The notes under the pieces are model-generated. The model did not search any database. It was not told where the DNA came from and worked only from the letters and a program-made list of their open reading frames with translations. Of a stretch of 11,817 nt of DNA, positions 1 through 7,675 are shown one piece after another. Positions within the stretch are counted from its first letter, which is position 1; each line of letters opens with the position of its first letter. The translations under genes and the position numbers were made by a program. Origin of the DNA: Nitrososphaerota archaeon (lineage in GTDB: Archaea; Thermoproteota; Nitrososphaeria_A; Caldarchaeales; Calditenuaceae); NCBI GenBank assembly GCA_033581555.1, contig JAVQSZ010000012.1, positions 1-11,817 of the forward strand. The letters are read 5' to 3'.

Positions 1-288
1 ACGGCTGAGTCGCTGCTCCAGTCGCTACTGAACGACGTCGCGCAGGAGAACAGGCCGAGGTCACTGCGGAGCGTAGAGAGGTACATGCTGCCGCTGCCCC
101 AAGTGAGGGAAGACGCGCCTGTCGCTAGGGCGATCGAGCTGGTCAGGAGGTTCGGCTACGTCGCTGTCGGCGAGGACATGGTCTTCGGCCCGGTCCAAGT
201 TATGAACCTCTTGATCAAGAACCCAGTGGAGGAGCACCCGGCCCGCAAGCTGGACATAATGAGCCTGATAGAGCTCAGCCAGGCGTGA
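1..288 (+). CDS. CBS-domain-containing protein, C-terminal part (5'-truncated by window edge)
   Basis: Frame 1 is open from base 1 (TAESLLQSLLNDVAQ...SVERYMLPLPQVREDAPVARAIELVRRFGYVAVGED...) to TGA at 286-288. The segment V-x-x-YM...V-x-x-D-x-P-V-x-x-A-I-E-L is CBS-repeat-like. The ORF-track start at 85 is an internal Met. Confidence 0.6.
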   Translation, partial: TAESLLQSLLNDVAQENRPRSLRSVERYMLPLPQVREDAPVARAIELVRRFGYVAVGEDMVFGPVQVMNLLIKNPVEEHPARKLDIMSLIELSQA

Positions 289-331
289 GCCTGTCGTGGC
301 AGGGGATACGCGTCACTGGAGCTCGAGGGGA

Positions 332-1147
332 TCAGGTCTCGGGACAACCGGCGTGAAGGCGGCGTACGATCTCTAGAAGCGAATCCGGATCGACGTTGGG
401 GAAGGGTAGGCCAGGGTCCGGGCGAGAGGTGCACTGGAAGACCGAGACGTCTGGTCTGTGACGGTGATGTAAGGTGAGCAGCCTCCGGGCTATCTCGAGC
501 TTCTTGGACTTCCTCGCGATCCACGACGTCGTTCGCGGCTTCCCCCTCGAAGAGAGCTCGCTGACACCACAGCTGAGACACATACCGACCAAGACGATCG
601 TCCTGCAGCCGAGGGCTGAGGCTATGTACACGGCCCTGTCGCCGTCGGTGAAGCCCCCGAAGTTGTGGACGTGGCCAACTGGGTCCGGAACTTGGCAGGT
701 GGGCTCTGCCCGGTCCCTAATCCTTATGGCCAAGCGAGCGAGTGCTTCGAGGTTGTCGCCGTGGCCGTGCACGAAGAAGAGGCTCCCCCGCGAATGTGCC
801 TTGAGGAGTTCCTGCTCAGGGCAGTCGAGGTCCGTGACCACCGCGTCCGGAACCAGGCCGACGTCGAGCAGTGCCGGAGTAGCGCTGTCGGCCGAGACCA
901 AGTAGACGTCGTCCCTGAACCCATGCAACACGTGTTCGAGTGATCGGAGGTCCTCGTGAACGTGGTCTGAGGCTCCGACGACGACCGACAGCCTGCGTCC
1001 GACTGCGTCCGGGAGCCCCCTGAGGACACAGGGAGCGTCCCGGAAGACCTGAGAGAGGAACTCAGAGGCCCGACGGTCGCCCTCTGGATCGATCCCCAGC
1101 TCGTCGACGATGCGGGCGTACTCCGCCCTCCAGTAGCTCGGCGTCAT
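332..1147 (-). CDS. mptE: 6-hydroxymethyl-7,8-dihydropterin pyrophosphokinase MptE (DUF115 family)
   Basis: Motifs VSADSAT, PDAVVTDLD, VHGHGDN (family VHAHGDN), HNFGGFTDGDRA, LVGM and C-terminal KSKKLEIA. Lies 3 nt downstream of the mptA stop. Confidence 0.9.
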   Translation of the reverse strand: MTPSYWRAEYARIVDELGIDPEGDRRASEFLSQVFRDAPCVLRGLPDAVGRRLSVVVGASDHVHEDLRSLEHVLHGFRDDVYLVSADSATPALLDVGLVPDAVVTDLDCPEQELLKAHSRGSLFFVHGHGDNLEALARLAIRIRDRAEPTCQVPDPVGHVHNFGGFTDGDRAVYIASALGCRTIVLVGMCLSCGVSELSSRGKPRTTSWIARKSKKLEIARRLLTLHHRHRPDVSVFQCTSRPDPGLPFPNVDPDSLLEIVRRLHAGCPET

Positions 1148-1150
1148 GGG

Positions 1151-2017
1151 TCAGGGGAGGGACCTCGCTTCCGAGAGGGGGCCGGAGAACCTCGCGACCA
1201 TGTCGTAGCTGTGGATACTCTCGACGCTCCTCATCTCGACCTCGAGGAGGTCGTCGCCAGAGAGGTGTGGGAAGGCCTCGACCAGCGACTTGACCGCGTG
1301 CCTCACGGAGTCCTCGATGAACAGTGGGTTCGTGACCGCGTCGACGACGACCCTCGCCTCGTCGGGCCTCTTCAGGAGGTCGAGGACCTGGGAGCTGAAG
1401 GACCCCCTGAGCACCTCGAGGACCCGACCGACCTGTACGCTCTCATCGGCCCTGTAGGCGAGCCCGATGCGGCCCAGAGTGCGCTGCATGTGCGTCGCGG
1501 TGAGGTCTCGCTCATCCCTCCACATAGCCTGAACGACTCTCTTCGCGCAGGGGCACGCGGTTATTCCGAGGGTGCTGACCTGGAGCGACTTGGAGGCGGT
1601 CCCGGCCCTCGAGACCCTTGCTGCGGCCCTGACCCTGCTCCACCTGTAGGACGGCTTGGAGGTCATGGGAGAGACGGCTACGTCGTAGGCCCTGGCCCTG
1701 ATGACGACCTCCGCGGAGCCGGCGTAGTCGTGGCGCCCCAGCACCTCCACGGCTAGGCCGAGGACCACAGAGTCGAGATCCACCCGACCGTTCAGCCCCT
1801 CCAGGAACTGGAAGACGGCCTCGTAGGTCCTGCTGGAGTGGATGCCCCGCTGGCCTCCGGGGAGTTCCACGAAGGCGTCCACCCTTATGTCCTGGAGGAC
1901 GAGGGAGCCGTCGCGGAAGGGGTCAGAAGGGACGAGGAGGCCGACGATGCCGACCCTTCCGAGCCTCAGGGGGAATTCGGGCCTCTCGGACTGAACGTCC
2001 GGTAACGTCAAGCCCAC
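1151..2017 (-). CDS. mptA: GTP cyclohydrolase MptA (FolE2/GCH-IB/IV family)
   Basis: Motifs LPDVQ, RVGI, RGIHSSR (family GxHMSR), GITACPCA, THMQR, LLKRPDE, NPLFIED and ESIHSYD. GTG start preceded by SD-like GAGGGG. Confidence 0.92.
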   Translation of the reverse strand: MGLTLPDVQSERPEFPLRLGRVGIVGLLVPSDPFRDGSLVLQDIRVDAFVELPGGQRGIHSSRTYEAVFQFLEGLNGRVDLDSVVLGLAVEVLGRHDYAGSAEVVIRARAYDVAVSPMTSKPSYRWSRVRAAARVSRAGTASKSLQVSTLGITACPCAKRVVQAMWRDERDLTATHMQRTLGRIGLAYRADESVQVGRVLEVLRGSFSSQVLDLLKRPDEARVVVDAVTNPLFIEDSVRHAVKSLVEAFPHLSGDDLLEVEMRSVESIHSYDMVARFSGPLSEARSLP

Positions 2018-2083
2018 CCCGACCCCTCTGAGCCACTCAAATAGTTACCCCCGGAGAACGCGCCCAGTGGGACGCCGACCGCC

Positions 2084-2722
2084 TCAGTCGGCCGAAGAGG
2101 AGGAAATGGCCCTGAGGTAGATCACGTAGGCGTCGAGCTCGTCGCCCTTGAGGTCCTCGGGGACAGGGGCTCCGACCTCCGGGCCCTCGGGGACCAGCTC
2201 GACCCCGGTGCCGGGGAACCCGGACTTGATCGCGCTGAGGAGGTCCCTGAGCTCCGACCCGGGACGGGAGCCCACGTAGACCGCTGACGGGCCGGTCCCG
2301 ACGCAACTGGCCAACTTCCTGATCTCCTCGACGAGCTCGGAGGCCCCGACGACGACCGAGGACGCCACCACGACGCCGTTCAACAGCACCACGACGCCCA
2401 TCCTCCGGCCCGGGTCGACCGAGACCTCGAGCTTCAGGGCTCCCCTCGACCTGACGGACGCTATGGCCCTCAGCACCACGCACTCGGCGTCGACGCCCTC
2501 CTCGACCCTCACGACGGGCCTTGGGTACCCGTGGAGCGCCGCGTCCCTGCCAGCGATTACCGCGTCGAGGTCGAGCGGCAGCTCCTCGGGCGAAGAGACC
2601 CACGAGACAGAGCACCCTGCAGTCCTGCAGGCCTCAATGACCCTCGACGCGACGACCGGGTCCCTCGTGACCAGGCCCAGCCTGATGCCCTTGCCGCGGA
2701 GCCTCAAGCCAACGAGCCTCAT
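2084..2722 (-). CDS. Conserved archaeal hypothetical protein with YqgF/RNase H-like fold
   Basis: This is the C-terminal ~212 aa of the 2084..3139 ORF; the part upstream of 2793 is antisense to the GT2 gene. Motifs EVSVDPGRRMGVVV (GIDPG-like beta strand), YVGS, VELVPE and DELDAYVIYLR follow the RNase H-like/YqgF pattern. Start is ATG 2722 or in-frame TTG 2707. Confidence 0.6.
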   Translation of the reverse strand: MRLVGLRLRGKGIRLGLVTRDPVVASRVIEACRTAGCSVSWVSSPEELPLDLDAVIAGRDAALHGYPRPVVRVEEGVDAECVVLRAIASVRSRGALKLEVSVDPGRRMGVVVLLNGVVVASSVVVGASELVEEIRKLASCVGTGPSAVYVGSRPGSELRDLLSAIKSGFPGTGVELVPEGPEVGAPVPEDLKGDELDAYVIYLRAISSSSAD

Positions 2723-2792
2723 GCTCGGAGGGATAATTGAGTTGACCTGGCTCACGGTTGAATAGTCGAAGCGGCGATTCCGTAGGGCCGGG

Positions 2793-4007
2793 TTGCTGGC
2801 TGAGCTGGCCCTCGCGGCCTTCTCGGTGCTGGTCTCGACCGGATGGCTCCTGGTCACGGCGGTCTCCGAGAGGAACAGGGGGAAGGTTCGGCCGCTGCCG
2901 AGGCCGGAGGTGAACTGCGATCTCGGAGAGCGGGTCTCCGTGGTGATCCCCGTTAGGAACGGCGAGCGGACTATCGGGAGGGCGCTGGAGTCCGTCACGT
3001 CGCAGGAGGGCGTGAGGCTCGAGGTGGTGGTCGTGGACGACGGGTCCACCGACGGCACCGCGGGCGTAGCGGCCCGGTACGTCGGCAGGGGCGCTGTGTA
3101 CCTGCTCGCGAGGGAGAGGCCAGATGGGTGGATGGGCAAGTCTTGGGCCTGCCTCGAGGGCTACAAGGCGTCCAACGGCGGGTGGCTCGTCTTCATGGAC
3201 GCCGACGTTGAGCTCCTGGACCGCCACGTGCTGAGGGACGCGCTCTGCCTCGCGAGGTCCGAGGGTCTGTCTGCGGTCTCCCTGATGCCGAGGCTCCGGG
3301 CTGACTCGACGGCCTCGAAGGTGATGTTGCCCGCGCTCTACGAGCTGCTCTACGTCCTCGCGCCGCCCTACAAGACGACGGACCCGTCAAGCGATATCGC
3401 GTTCTTCTTCGGCGCGTTCATCGCCGTCAGGAGGGAAGTCTACGAGAAGACCGGCGGCCACGAGGCGATCAGGGGCATGCTGCTGGACGACAAGTCGCTC
3501 GGGGAGCTGATAAAGTCCTCGGGACACAGAGTCGCGCTGCTAGACGCGTCGGACAGGTTCGTCGCTGCGTTCGCGGGGGGACTCAGGGGGCACGTGAACG
3601 GCCTGCTCAGGCTCTTCACTCAGTACACCGTCGAGTCGGTCGGGCAGAGGGGCTGGATCAAGGGGCTCCTCTCGATGATGAAGTACCTGGCGGGGGCCGT
3701 GTTGGCCCTTCTCCCTCCCGTCGCGCTGCCGGTCATCGCGGTCGCGCTCGACCTGCCGATCTACGCCAAGCTGCTCTCGCTGCTGCCGTTGACGGCCGTG
3801 GTCGCGGGCCACTACCGCACCGCCAAGTCCATAGGGATAAGTGGGGCCTACGCGTTGGCCACACCACTCGCACACCTGGTGATCTTCTCGACGCTCCTAC
3901 ATGTCGCCGCGCAGGCGACGTGGGGCAAGCTGGTCGTGAGGTGGCACGGGAGGAAATACGTCTACGACATCAGGGGAGGGAAGGGTGTGGCGCTACTGAC
4001 CGGTTGA
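2793..4007 (+). CDS. Membrane-bound family 2 glycosyltransferase (HpnB/CrtQ/CruC-like, probably lipid acceptor)
   Basis: N-terminal TM anchor, then VSVVIPVRNGE, VVVDDGSTDGT, PDGWMGKSWAC, LVFMDAD (DxD), GAFIAVRREVYEKTGGHEAI and LDDKSLG. C-terminal TM helices and VRWHGR at the end. TTG start. Confidence 0.88.
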   Translation: MLAELALAAFSVLVSTGWLLVTAVSERNRGKVRPLPRPEVNCDLGERVSVVIPVRNGERTIGRALESVTSQEGVRLEVVVVDDGSTDGTAGVAARYVGRGAVYLLARERPDGWMGKSWACLEGYKASNGGWLVFMDADVELLDRHVLRDALCLARSEGLSAVSLMPRLRADSTASKVMLPALYELLYVLAPPYKTTDPSSDIAFFFGAFIAVRREVYEKTGGHEAIRGMLLDDKSLGELIKSSGHRVALLDASDRFVAAFAGGLRGHVNGLLRLFTQYTVESVGQRGWIKGLLSMMKYLAGAVLALLPPVALPVIAVALDLPIYAKLLSLLPLTAVVAGHYRTAKSIGISGAYALATPLAHLVIFSTLLHVAAQATWGKLVVRWHGRKYVYDIRGGKGVALLTG

Positions 4008-4364
4008 GGCGGCCTTGCTCCTGTAGAGCCTCCCGACGAGGATGCCCCCCACTAGTCCGATCAGGAAGCTCGCGTTCCCGTTCCACCTGTGGAAGGCCTC
4101 GATGAACTGGCCGTAGAACCCGAAGACCATCGCGAGGCCGAGGGCGCCCTGGAGGCCCGTTAGGACCGTCAGGAGCGCGCCGAGGACCAGACCCGGCCTA
4201 AAACCCCTCGAGACGACCGTGTACGCGATCGCTGCACCGAAGGCGACGACACCGAGCCCGATGTGGACCGGAAGGAGCGTCCAAGAGAGCCTCGCCTCAC
4301 CTATGAAGACGTTCAGGAGCAGCGCGACGGCCATGACCATTCCGAGGGCCGTTGCGGGCCTCAT
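3993..4364 (-). CDS. 4-TM membrane protein with two intramembrane His (heme A synthase/CtaA half-domain-like, tentative)
   Basis: Four hydrophobic segments, with His in PVHIGLG and EAFHRWNG and a LQGALG motif. Its ATG overlaps the stop of the upstream MoaD/SAMP gene (ATGA at 4361-4364), with GGAGG 6 nt upstream. The 3' end overlaps the GT2 3' end by 15 nt. Confidence 0.65.
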   Translation of the reverse strand: MRPATALGMVMAVALLLNVFIGEARLSWTLLPVHIGLGVVAFGAAIAYTVVSRGFRPGLVLGALLTVLTGLQGALGLAMVFGFYGQFIEAFHRWNGNASFLIGLVGGILVGRLYRSKAASTGQ

Positions 4365-4642
4365 TCGGCGCCTCCGCTCACCGCCGGCAATATAAGGACC
4401 TCGTCACCCTCCGAGAGGCGTTTGTCCTCGTCCGGGTCGACGTACGCGTCGTTGACGTAGAGGTTGACGAACCTCCTGAGCCTTCCAGACTCGTCGAGGA
4501 GCCTGTTCCTCAACTCAGCGCCGAACCTCTCGACCAACCGGTCCACCACCTCCCTCACGGTTCCCGCCTCGACCTCAACCTCCCTGAGGCCTCCCATGTG
4601 TATGGCCAATGGCGCCGTCACGACGACCCTGACGCGGGGCAT
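4361..4642 (-). CDS. MoaD/ThiS-family ubiquitin-like small archaeal modifier (SAMP1-like) with GG-AE C-terminus
   Basis: Beta-grasp signatures TVREVVDRL, GRLRRFVNLYVND and LSEGDEVLILPAVSGG, followed by two extra residues A-E and TGA. Confidence 0.92.
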   Translation of the reverse strand: MPRVRVVVTAPLAIHMGGLREVEVEAGTVREVVDRLVERFGAELRNRLLDESGRLRRFVNLYVNDAYVDPDEDKRLSEGDEVLILPAVSGGAE

Positions 4643-4665
4643 CCTCGAGCGCTGACACCGTCGGT

Positions 4666-4683
4666 CTATTTACCTTGATTTCC
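4666..4683 (-). promoter_or_regulatory. Putative BRE/TATA promoter of the MoaD/SAMP-membrane protein operon
   Basis: Minus strand reads GGAAATCAAGGTAAATAG, with TAAATA about 25 nt upstream of ATG 4642, consistent with a leaderless transcript. Confidence 0.55.
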
Positions 4684-4728
4684 GGATTGGGCGAACGGTC
4701 GGAAGCTGGGCTCAGGGATCGCATTTCA

Positions 4729-4760
4729 GATAAATACTGGCTCTGGGCAACTCTGGAGGA
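4729..4760 (+). promoter_or_regulatory. Putative TATA box and SD for the CBS-like gene
   Basis: GATAAATA at 4729-4736 and GGAGGA at 4755-4760, ahead of TTG 4766. Confidence 0.5.
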
Positions 4761-4765
4761 AGGGC

Positions 4766-5635
4766 TTGGGTCAGGACGCTAGCGGGGCGAGGCTTGCGCT
4801 CTCGGCGACCCTCGGGGACCTGATGACCTTCGACGCGGTCCATCCCATGGACTTCGTGAGGGATGACCGGCCGATAGTCGGTTCTCTGGTTTGGATGGCC
4901 GCGCTCGGGATGGATGGCGTCCTAGTCCTTGACGGCTCCTCGAGGGTCGTCGGTGGCATAACCCCGATAGAGGTGATAAGGGCGATGGACGCGGGCCTCC
5001 AGTCGCTCAAGAAGGCCTTCGTGAGAATCAGGGCCGCTGACGTCGCGAGGCCGGTGCCCGTTCTCCAGGTCGGCGAAGCGCTCGACGGGGCGCTCCGAAA
5101 GCTGTTGGAATCGAGGTCCTTTATAGCGGTGGTCTGCGACCGCGACAGGACGGTCGGCCAGCTGACGCCCGGAAGCCTCCACAGGGCGCTGGTTGAACAC
5201 CCCTCCGCTCGCGACTTCCTCTCGGGGATCGGAGCCGAGGCGCTAGCGCGGGGCGTCAGGACCCTCGACCACGACTGCTCCATCGGCGAGGCCCTCCGGC
5301 GGATCGCTAGGTCGGAGGAGACGCTCTTCCTCGTTGGGTCCGGCGAGCTCGTCGTCACGCCCGCGAGCCTCCTAAGACCGCTCGCATCGCCCGAGGCGTT
5401 CTCCGGTTTCCTCGAGGACCCCATCTCCTTCCTCGAGGAGCCCCTGATGAGGAACAGGTCCGCGCTGGTCAGACCGCCCGCGATCCGCAGGGACGCGTCG
5501 CTCCACGAGGCGCTCAGGGCCTCGATCGAGTCGGGCGTCTGCGCGGTGAGGGTCGAGGGGTTGGGCTTCCTGACTGCGGAGGCGCTCCTCTTCGACCTCG
5601 CGAGGGAGCTCCTCTCCGTCTCGGACCGGACCTGA
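4766..5635 (+). CDS. Divergent CBS-domain protein (about 4 CBS repeats)
   Basis: CBS-like segments: VLVLDGSSRVVGGITPIEVI, IRAADVARPVPVLQVGEALDGAL, AVVCDRDRTVGQLT, VRTLDHDCSIGEALRRI and PPAIRRDASLHEAL...GFLTAEALL. SD and TATA-like element upstream. Confidence 0.7.
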   Translation: MGQDASGARLALSATLGDLMTFDAVHPMDFVRDDRPIVGSLVWMAALGMDGVLVLDGSSRVVGGITPIEVIRAMDAGLQSLKKAFVRIRAADVARPVPVLQVGEALDGALRKLLESRSFIAVVCDRDRTVGQLTPGSLHRALVEHPSARDFLSGIGAEALARGVRTLDHDCSIGEALRRIARSEETLFLVGSGELVVTPASLLRPLASPEAFSGFLEDPISFLEEPLMRNRSALVRPPAIRRDASLHEALRASIESGVCAVRVEGLGFLTAEALLFDLARELLSVSDRT

Positions 5636-5655
5636 CCTCAACCGTTCGTCCGAGG

Positions 5656-5666
5656 TTTAAATTAAA
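5656..5666 (+). promoter_or_regulatory. TATA box of the thermosome-rpoK unit
   Basis: TTTAAATTAAA AT-island in a GC-rich background, about 35-40 nt upstream of ATG 5699. SD-like AGGTGG before the ATG. Confidence 0.7.
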
Positions 5667-5698
5667 GCCGTTCTGGTCTCTGGGCAGGTGGTTTTGGA

Positions 5699-7360
5699 AT
5701 GGCGGCAGCTCCGGGAGGCACGGTACCCGTAATCATCCTGAAGGAGGGCACGCAGCGGACTAGGGGAAGGGAGGCGCAGGCGGCTAACATCATGGTCGCG
5801 AAGGCGATCGCGGAGGCGATGAGGACGGCCCTCGGGCCGAGGGGAATGGACAAGATGCTGGTCGACAGCTTCGGGGACGTCGTGATCACCAACGACGGCG
5901 CGACGATACTGAAGGAGATGGACGTGGAGCACCCGGTGGCCAAGATGCTGGTCGAGGTGGCCAAGGCCCAGGACGAGGAGGTCGGGGATGGAACCACGAC
6001 CGCGGTCGTGATCGCTGGAGAGCTGCTCTCCAGGGCCGAGGAGCTGATCGAGAAGGAGATCCACCCCTCCCTGATCATCGAGGGTTACAAGAAGGCCGCG
6101 ACCGAGGCCCTCAGGATCCTCGACGAGATAGGGAAGCCGGTCGACGTCGAGGACAGGGAGTACCTCGTGAAGACAGCTAAAACCTCCCTGGCCAGCAAGC
6201 TCGTCAGCGAGTACGCGGACCACCTCGCTAGGATAGCTGTCGACGCGGTCCTCAGGGTCGCCCAGTGGGAGAACGGCAGGTGGAGGGTCGACCTCGATGA
6301 CGTCAAGATCGAGAAGAAGGAGGGGATGTCGATCGGCGACACGATGCTGGTCCAAGGGATAGTCCTGGACAAGGAGGTGGTCCACCCCGACATGCCGAGG
6401 CTTGTCAGGAACGCGAAGATCGCGCTCCTCGACGCGCCGCTGGAGATCGAGAAGACCGAGTTCGACGCTAAGCTCCACATCGAGACCCCAGAGCAGATGA
6501 GGGCCTTCATGGAGCAGGAGGAGAGGATGCTGAAGGAGATGGTGGACAAGATCGCCGCGACCGGCGCAAACGTCGTTCTCTGCCAGAAGGGGATCGATGA
6601 CCTGGCCCAGCACTTCCTCGCGAGGAAGGGGATACTGGCCGTCAGGAGGATCAAGAAGAGCGACATGGAGAAGCTCGCGAAGGCCACCGGAGGCAGGGTG
6701 ATCTCGAGGGTCGACGACCTCACGCCCGACGACCTCGGGAAGGCCGCATTGGTCGAGGAGAGAAGGGTCGGCGAGGACAAGATGGTCTTCGTTGAGGGTT
6801 GCGAGAACCCCAGGGCCCTCACGATCTTAGTGAGGGGAGGGACTCAGAGGATAGTCGACGAGGCCGAGAGGTCGCTTAAGGACGCGCTCAACGTCGTTAA
6901 GGACATCCTCGTGGAGCCGAAGATCGTCCCCGGAGGCGGAGCGATCGAGACGGAGCTTGCCCTGAGGTTGAGGGACTTCGCTAAGACCCTGCCGGGGAAG
7001 GAGCAGCTCGCGGTCGAGAAGTTCGCGGAGGCCCTTGAGGTAGTGCCGATGCAGCTGGCTGAGAACGCCGGCCTCGACCCGGTCGAAAGCGTCGTGACGC
7101 TCAGGAGCAAGCACAAGGAGGGCGAGCTCGATTACGGCGTGGACGTGATGAACACCAGGTTGTACAACATGCTCGCGGTCAACGTCATCGACCCGGTGGC
7201 GGTGAAGAAGCAGGTGGTCAAGTCGGCTGTCGAGGCGGCCTCTTTGGTCCTGAAGATCGACGACATAATCGCGGCCTCCAAGCTCTCCGAGAAGGAGACG
7301 AAGAAGGGCAAGAAGGAGGAGGAAGAGGAGGAGAAGTCGTCGGGAGCGGACTTCGACTGA
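5699..7360 (+). CDS. thsB: Thermosome (group II chaperonin) subunit; alpha/beta assignment uncertain
   Basis: Motifs [57 protein letters not shown] and LKIDDIIAA, with a charged C-terminal tail. 553 aa. Confidence 0.97.
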   Translation: MAAAPGGTVPVIILKEGTQRTRGREAQAANIMVAKAIAEAMRTALGPRGMDKMLVDSFGDVVITNDGATILKEMDVEHPVAKMLVEVAKAQDEEVGDGTTTAVVIAGELLSRAEELIEKEIHPSLIIEGYKKAATEALRILDEIGKPVDVEDREYLVKTAKTSLASKLVSEYADHLARIAVDAVLRVAQWENGRWRVDLDDVKIEKKEGMSIGDTMLVQGIVLDKEVVHPDMPRLVRNAKIALLDAPLEIEKTEFDAKLHIETPEQMRAFMEQEERMLKEMVDKIAATGANVVLCQKGIDDLAQHFLARKGILAVRRIKKSDMEKLAKATGGRVISRVDDLTPDDLGKAALVEERRVGEDKMVFVEGCENPRALTILVRGGTQRIVDEAERSLKDALNVVKDILVEPKIVPGGGAIETELALRLRDFAKTLPGKEQLAVEKFAEALEVVPMQLAENAGLDPVESVVTLRSKHKEGELDYGVDVMNTRLYNMLAVNVIDPVAVKKQVVKSAVEAASLVLKIDDIIAASKLSEKETKKGKKEEEEEEKSSGADFD

Positions 7361-7367
7361 ACCGATC

Positions 7368-7607
7368 ATGGTCCTCGCCCTACGTCGCAGGCTCACTAAG
7401 TACGAAGAGACCCGCATCATCGGCGGGAGGGCCCTCCAGCTCTCCGTGGGGGCTTTCCCGCTCGTGAGGCCGAACCCCGACGACACCAGCTTCACGCTCG
7501 CTATGAGGGAGTTCAAGGCCGGTGTCCTGCCGATCGTGATACGCAGGCGCTATCCCGACGGTACCTACGAGGACGTACCGCTACAGGAGCTGCTGCGTTC
7601 CGAGTAA
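7368..7607 (+). CDS. rpoK: DNA-directed RNA polymerase subunit K (Rpo6/Rpb6)
   Basis: LTKYEETRIIGGRALQLSVGA...LAMREF..GVLPIVIRRRYPDG. Starts 7 nt after the thermosome stop. Confidence 0.95.
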   Translation: MVLALRRRLTKYEETRIIGGRALQLSVGAFPLVRPNPDDTSFTLAMREFKAGVLPIVIRRRYPDGTYEDVPLQELLRSE

Positions 7608-7675
7608 GGACCTCAAACCGCCCGTGCTACGCGTCCTACAGGAATTCATGTAGTATTACCATACGCGCATCCTCA

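Noticed and set aside
474-2615. Alternative-frame ORFs over mptE, mptA and the hypothetical gene (143, 92, 101, 181 and 192 aa)
   Set aside because: They overlap better-supported genes and have Arg/Gly/Pro-biased, motif-free translations.
2723-3139. N-terminal 139 aa of the 351-aa minus-strand ORF
   Set aside because: Ser/Thr/Pro-rich antisense read of the GT2 gene and the intergenic promoter region; the real gene probably starts at 2722 or 2707.
7289-7335. Purine-rich GAG/AAG tract that looks like a microsatellite
   Set aside because: It encodes the ordinary charged C-terminal tail ([15 protein letters not shown]) of the thermosome.
5657-7516. Long antisense ORFs over the thermosome (318, 245, 229, 138 and 90 aa)
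   Set aside because: Shadow ORFs expected from GC-rich codon bias of a highly conserved sense gene; no recognisable motifs.
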